This document shows, piece by piece, positions 60,396-64,000 of a stretch of 64,000 nt of DNA (the first letter of the stretch is position 1; every line of letters starts with the position of its first letter). The notes under the pieces were generated by a model. The model had not been told where the DNA came from and did no database searches. It was given only the letters and a program-made list of their open reading frames with translations. The translations under genes and the position numbers were made by a program. This DNA comes from Gemmataceae bacterium (GTDB taxonomy: Bacteria > Planctomycetota > Planctomycetia > Gemmatales > Gemmataceae). The stretch covers positions 18,013 to 82,012 of the forward strand of contig JAKEET010000045.1 of NCBI GenBank assembly GCA_022616435.1, in the 5' to 3' direction.

Positions 60396-60734
60396 GTGTC
60401 CCGATTGATGTCCTTCTTCGCTCTTGGCGCAGTGGCCCTGGGCTTTTCGCTTGCCACCCCCGCGACCAGCCAGGCCCAGACCCGCTTCGGATTGCATGTT
60501 GGCGTGGGTCCGGTCCATGTCGATGTGAATCGCGGTTACTACAGCTACTCTCCCAGCTATTCGCGGTACGATCCGCGTTTCCATCCGGGCCGTCACCACC
60601 ATCACGGCCGGCACCACCACCGCGATGTCATCGTGGTGCCCAGCTACTATCACTGGACGCCGGGTCTGGGCTACCACACCCACGGCACGATCGTCGTCCC
60701 GCCCCGCGTTCCCGTGTACGTTCGGCCGTATTGA
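60396..60734 (+). CDS. small secreted His-rich protein (~112 aa), GTG start
   Basis: AAGGAGA SD 5 nt before GTG 60396. The signal is SRLMSFFALGAVALGFSLATPATSQAQ. The mature part contains HPGRHHHHGRHHHRD and Tyr/Pro-rich repeats. It is followed by a canonical terminator. Confidence 0.55.
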   Translation: MSRLMSFFALGAVALGFSLATPATSQAQTRFGLHVGVGPVHVDVNRGYYSYSPSYSRYDPRFHPGRHHHHGRHHHRDVIVVPSYYHWTPGLGYHTHGTIVVPPRVPVYVRPY

Positions 60735-60757
60735 TCGAAACGCCGGCGGTTTGAACC

Positions 60758-60786
60758 AACGCCTGACTCCGTCAGGCGTTTTTTTG
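60758..60786 (+). terminator. rho-independent terminator (AACGCCTGAC-TCC-GTCAGGCGTT + TTTTTTTG)
   Basis: 10-bp perfect stem with a 3-nt loop, followed by a T-tract. Confidence 0.8.
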
Positions 60787-60919
60787 TTGCGCCGCCCGGC
60801 TGCCGCCCGTCCGGCACGTCGAGAAAGGTTTCGCGCCGTTGATCCCGGGAGGCGGACAAAATGAAGAAATGGATTGCAAACCCGCCGGGGGCAGCGTAGC
60901 GTAGTAATATCCAGATTCC

Positions 60920-61393
60920 GTGAAGGTTGTGATGCTGCGCTACTTCGGCCACCTCCGAATCAGCCGTTGGACAAGAATTATTCTTGCCGTGGTCGGGGTG
61001 TCGATTGCGGCGGACAGCCGTGCACATGCAGGTTGCGGCGAGCACACGTTCGTTTCCTTCGCATCCTTTACGCAAGAAACAAGTTCCACCGGCCAGCATT
61101 CAACCTCGGCGCCAGCCCAAGTCAAGCGGACCGGCGCGTTGCCGTGCGGCCAGTGTCCGCGCGCGCCGCTGCCGGAACCGTGTCGCGGCCCGTCCTGCTC
61201 GGGGCAAAACCTGCCCGACGGACTGCCCACGACGACAACGACGACAAGCCACCGCGAATCGCAGCCGACCGCATTCGTCGCGATGTTGGCGGCTTGCACG
61301 CCGCCAGACGGCGGCGAGCGCCACTGCATTGACGATACGTTCGAACCGATCACCTCCACCGATTCCATTTTCCATCCGCCGCGCATGGGATAG
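60920..61393 (+). CDS. possible small Cys- and Thr-rich secreted protein. Low confidence because its codon usage is atypical for this genome
   Basis: ORF with a hydrophobic N-terminus (ILAVVGVSIAA), Cys pairs (CGQCP, CRGPSC) and a poly-Thr linker. Many A/T-ending codons, unlike neighbouring genes. Confidence 0.25.
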   Translation: MKVVMLRYFGHLRISRWTRIILAVVGVSIAADSRAHAGCGEHTFVSFASFTQETSSTGQHSTSAPAQVKRTGALPCGQCPRAPLPEPCRGPSCSGQNLPDGLPTTTTTTSHRESQPTAFVAMLAACTPPDGGERHCIDDTFEPITSTDSIFHPPRMG

Positions 61394-61588
61394 ATCCGCT
61401 TGCGGCAAGCTAGCGCGCTGGGGCCATGTCCCGAGTCTGCGCGCGCCGTCCGGCCATTGCTGCCGTTCGGCGTGAATCGGACCGCAAAGCGGACGCCTCC
61501 GGACGTGTTCCAGGGGCGAATTTCTCCCAAGAAACAACCAGAGAAGTAGTCGTCCCATGCATTCATTCTCATTGTCTGGAGGTCCAAG

Positions 61589-62548
61589 ATGAATCGTCGC
61601 GGTTTCACGTTGATCGAGCTGCTGGTGGTGATTGCCATCATCGCCATCCTCATCGCGCTCCTGGTCCCGGCCGTGCAAAAGGTCCGCGAGGCGGCCGCAC
61701 GCACGCAGTGCCAGAACAACCTCAAGCAGCTGGCCCTGGCGTCCCACAATCACTGCGACGCCCGCAAGGCCTTCCCGCCCGGCGGCGGCGCCTTCATGGG
61801 CGGCAACCTCGCCAACCAACGGTTCTCGGCGCACAGCTACCTGCTCCCGTACCTCGAGCAGGACGCGGTGTATCGCCTCATCCATTTCACGGTGAGTCCC
61901 GACGCCGCCGCCAACGCCGCGGCCAGGGCCCAGGTGATTCCGGGATTCCTGTGCCCGTCCGATCCGCAGGGCATCGCCCCCAGCGGCTGGGCCGGCAACA
62001 ACTACGTGGCCAACTACAGCGCCGACATCCGCTGGCAGCAGGACCAGTCCGGAGCGAGCGGCGTGTACTGGTTTGCCAGCACGACCACCATGATGGGCGC
62101 CAACTTCTCCGACCTCAGAGACGGCAGCAGCAATACGGCGGCGTTCAGCGAGCGCCTCAAGGGGGACTGGAGCAACGCCGTGGCGACGGCCCGCACCGAT
62201 TTCTTCAACCCGGGCGCATCGCCGACAACCCGCGACCAGGCCATGAACGCATGCGAAGGGCTGGATCCGACCAACCTGGCTCTTCAGCAACGGTCCGACG
62301 GCGGGGGCTACTGGCTGCGCGGCTGGCACATGACCCTGTACACGCACGTGTCTCCGCCCAACGCGCGGGCATGTAATTTCAACAAGAACGCGACCGCGAC
62401 CATGCCGGCCAGCAGCGCCCACACCAACGGCCTGAACGTGGCCTTGTGCGACGGCTCGGTGCGCTTCGTGAGCAATTCGGTCAGCCTGGCCACCTGGCGG
62501 GCTCTGGGCTCGCGCGGCGGCGGCGAGGTGCTGAGCAACGATTTCTAG
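61589..62548 (+). CDS. DUF1559 protein with prepilin-type N-terminal cleavage/methylation domain and C-terminal H-X9-DG motif
   Basis: [54 protein letters not shown].... The C-terminus reads ...[21 protein letters not shown] (H-X9-DG). Confidence 0.9.
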   Translation: MNRRGFTLIELLVVIAIIAILIALLVPAVQKVREAAARTQCQNNLKQLALASHNHCDARKAFPPGGGAFMGGNLANQRFSAHSYLLPYLEQDAVYRLIHFTVSPDAAANAAARAQVIPGFLCPSDPQGIAPSGWAGNNYVANYSADIRWQQDQSGASGVYWFASTTTMMGANFSDLRDGSSNTAAFSERLKGDWSNAVATARTDFFNPGASPTTRDQAMNACEGLDPTNLALQQRSDGGGYWLRGWHMTLYTHVSPPNARACNFNKNATATMPASSAHTNGLNVALCDGSVRFVSNSVSLATWRALGSRGGGEVLSNDF

Positions 62549-62580
62549 GGGTCAGAGGTCAGGGGTCAGGAGTCAGAATC

Positions 62581-62988
62581 ATGCCCGCATCCGTTTCCCA
62601 ACAACACCTGCCTTGGCGACGGTCGATGGTGGCCGGCGCGGCCTGCCTGGTCTGCGGCCTGGTCGGCTGCAGCCGCGGTTCGCTGCCCGAGCAAGCAGAT
62701 CCCGACAAGGCCAAGCGGGCACTGCGGACGGCGCTGGCTGCCTGGAAAAAGGGCGAATCCATCGAGGCGTTGGCCAAGGGCTCGCCGCCGATCTACTTCA
62801 ACGATCCGAAAGTCCAGAAGGGTCTGCGCCTTGCGTCCTACGAAGTCAACGACAGCCATGAGTTCTTTGGCCAATCCGTCCGCGTCACGGTGAAGGCCAC
62901 CTTCGAACGAGACGACGGCGATGCCAAGGAGCGGCAACTGACCTACCTGGTGGACACGGCGCCGGTGGTCGTCATCGTGCCCGACTGA
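62581..62988 (+). CDS. small lipoprotein (lipobox LVGC), commonly found 3' of DUF1559 genes
   Basis: MPASVSQQHLPWRRSMVAGAACLVCGLVGCS... The ATG is at 62581. The longest ORF starts at 62446 in a GC-junk extension. Confidence 0.6.
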   Translation: MPASVSQQHLPWRRSMVAGAACLVCGLVGCSRGSLPEQADPDKAKRALRTALAAWKKGESIEALAKGSPPIYFNDPKVQKGLRLASYEVNDSHEFFGQSVRVTVKATFERDDGDAKERQLTYLVDTAPVVVIVPD

Positions 62989-63054
62989 TCTGCGCGGCCC
63001 GATGGCGCCGTGGCGTTGGCGCCGTGGCCGATTACGCCTCAACAGGAGAAACCG

Positions 63055-64000
63055 ATGAAAACTCGCATATGGTTCACCCTCGCCCTGCTGGCCGCGCCGG
63101 CGGCGCCGGCCCTGGCCGATCCCCCGGTGACCAGCAACGACGCGCCCGCTCCCGGACCCGTGCAACTCCGCATGTGGCTGGAGGCGATGGTGCAGGCGCC
63201 GTGGGCGGAGTGCTTCGGTCCGGATTTCCGCCGCTCCGAGGCGCTGCGGATGCTGCTCGCCGTGCAACGAAATCAAAAACTCGGCCCCGGCGTCGGCTGG
63301 TATGACCCCAGCCGGCGGACGCTGGATTGGCAATGGCTCGCCGCCCGCTTTGACGCCGACGCCGACGGCCACGTCGTTGCCAAGGAACAAAACGGCGCCG
63401 CCGACCTCTTCGCCGTGCTCGACCGCGACCGGGACGGAGCCGTGACCCGCGACGATCTCGATTGGTCGCAGAACTCCGCCTGGGTGCGCAACGACGCGCT
63501 GTCGCTGCGGTTCCTGCGCCTGATCGACTCCAACGGCAACGGCCGCGTCACCGACAAGGAATGGCTGGCGATGTTCAAGAAGATGGCCAAGGACCGGGAT
63601 CATTTCAACGCCGAGGACATGCGCTACGCGTTCATGGCCAGCGACCGCAACCGCGGCGGCGACGGCAAGGGCAAACGCGTCTTCAAGAAACACTGGCTCC
63701 GGTGCCTGGTCGAAGGCGATCTCGGTTCGCCGTTCGAGGGGCCGCGCCCCGGACAGGTTGCGCCCGACTTCACGTTGCCGACCCCCGACGGCCAGAAGCA
63801 GATCACGCTCTCGGATTATCGCGGCAAGAAGCCGGTGGTGCTCATCTTCGGCAGCTTCACCTGAGGACCGTACCGGGCCCAGTTTGGCGCCCTGGAGGAA
63901 CTCAACAAGCGCTATGGCGATCGCGCCGAATTCATTGCCGTGTACGTCCGCGAGGCCCATCCGACCGACGGGGCCAGTTCGCCGCAAAACGCGAAGGCCG
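63055..64000 (+). CDS. EF-hand (x3) + thioredoxin-fold (redoxin/deiodinase-like) protein with an in-frame TGA at 63862-63864 in the active-site position (candidate selenocysteine; ...VVLIFGSFT-U-GPYRAQFGALEEL...). The 3' end is beyond the window
   Basis: AGGAGAA SD before ATG 63055. Signal peptide present. EF loops DADADGHVVAKE, DRDRDGAVTRDD and DSNGNGRVTDKE. The redoxin N-terminus reads APDFTLPTPDGQKQITLSDYRGKKPVVLIFGSFT, then TGA, then an in-frame continuation GPYRAQFGALEELNKRYGDRAEFIAVYVREAHPTDG that is protein-like and matches the FGS[CA]TUPPF...EAHxSDG pattern of deiodinase-like selenoproteins. A candidate SECIS hairpin GGGCCCAGTTTGGCGCCC sits at 63875-63892. Confidence 0.55.

Overview
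This is a high-GC (~68%) bacterial window, very likely from a Planctomycetota (Gemmataceae-like) genome. The assignment rests on hallmark families: DUF1501, DUF1549/DUF1553 (PSD1-type), DUF1559 prepilin-type H-X9-DG proteins, BBP7-like outer-membrane barrels, a TPR-fused Hanks Ser/Thr kinase and many multiheme cytochromes c. Gene density is high, and the six-frame track contains many long antisense ORFs (up to 1641 aa) that are GC artefacts. They were rejected where the opposite strand has a recognisable protein family, heme motifs or signal-peptide/β-barrel features. The first ~24 kb is a redox island with five multiheme cytochromes c on both strands. On the minus strand at 3351-8747 is an apparent operon of a cNMP-binding x2 / 4Fe-4S ferredoxin fusion, a polytopic membrane protein, a decaheme cytochrome and an MBL hydrolase. 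The island also holds three paralogous pentaheme cytochromes and a large (678 aa) outer-membrane β-barrel protein translationally coupled to a 1331-aa ~10-heme cytochrome carrying C-terminal LVIVD β-propeller repeats, which is a porin–cytochrome-conduit-like module. Two BBP7-like barrels, a double GlcG/HbpS-like heme-binding protein and a class III adenylate cyclase complete it. The remainder carries metabolic genes (acyl-CoA synthetase, aminotransferase, FAD/Fe-S oxidase), transporters, Gfo/Idh/MocA+ThuA, a GT2-GtrA fusion and three tRNAs. One of these tRNAs has an anticodon (CAG, Leu codons) mismatched with its class-I body. At the window end is an EF-hand + thioredoxin-fold protein whose active-site codon is an in-frame TGA, a selenocysteine candidate of deiodinase/redoxin type. 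Several families of GC-rich palindromic (REP-like) repeats are scattered downstream of genes, and one copy sits in-frame inside the FAD/Fe-S oxidase CDS. A DUF4058-like gene is flanked by ~115-bp direct repeats. No rRNA, CRISPR array or transposase was seen.
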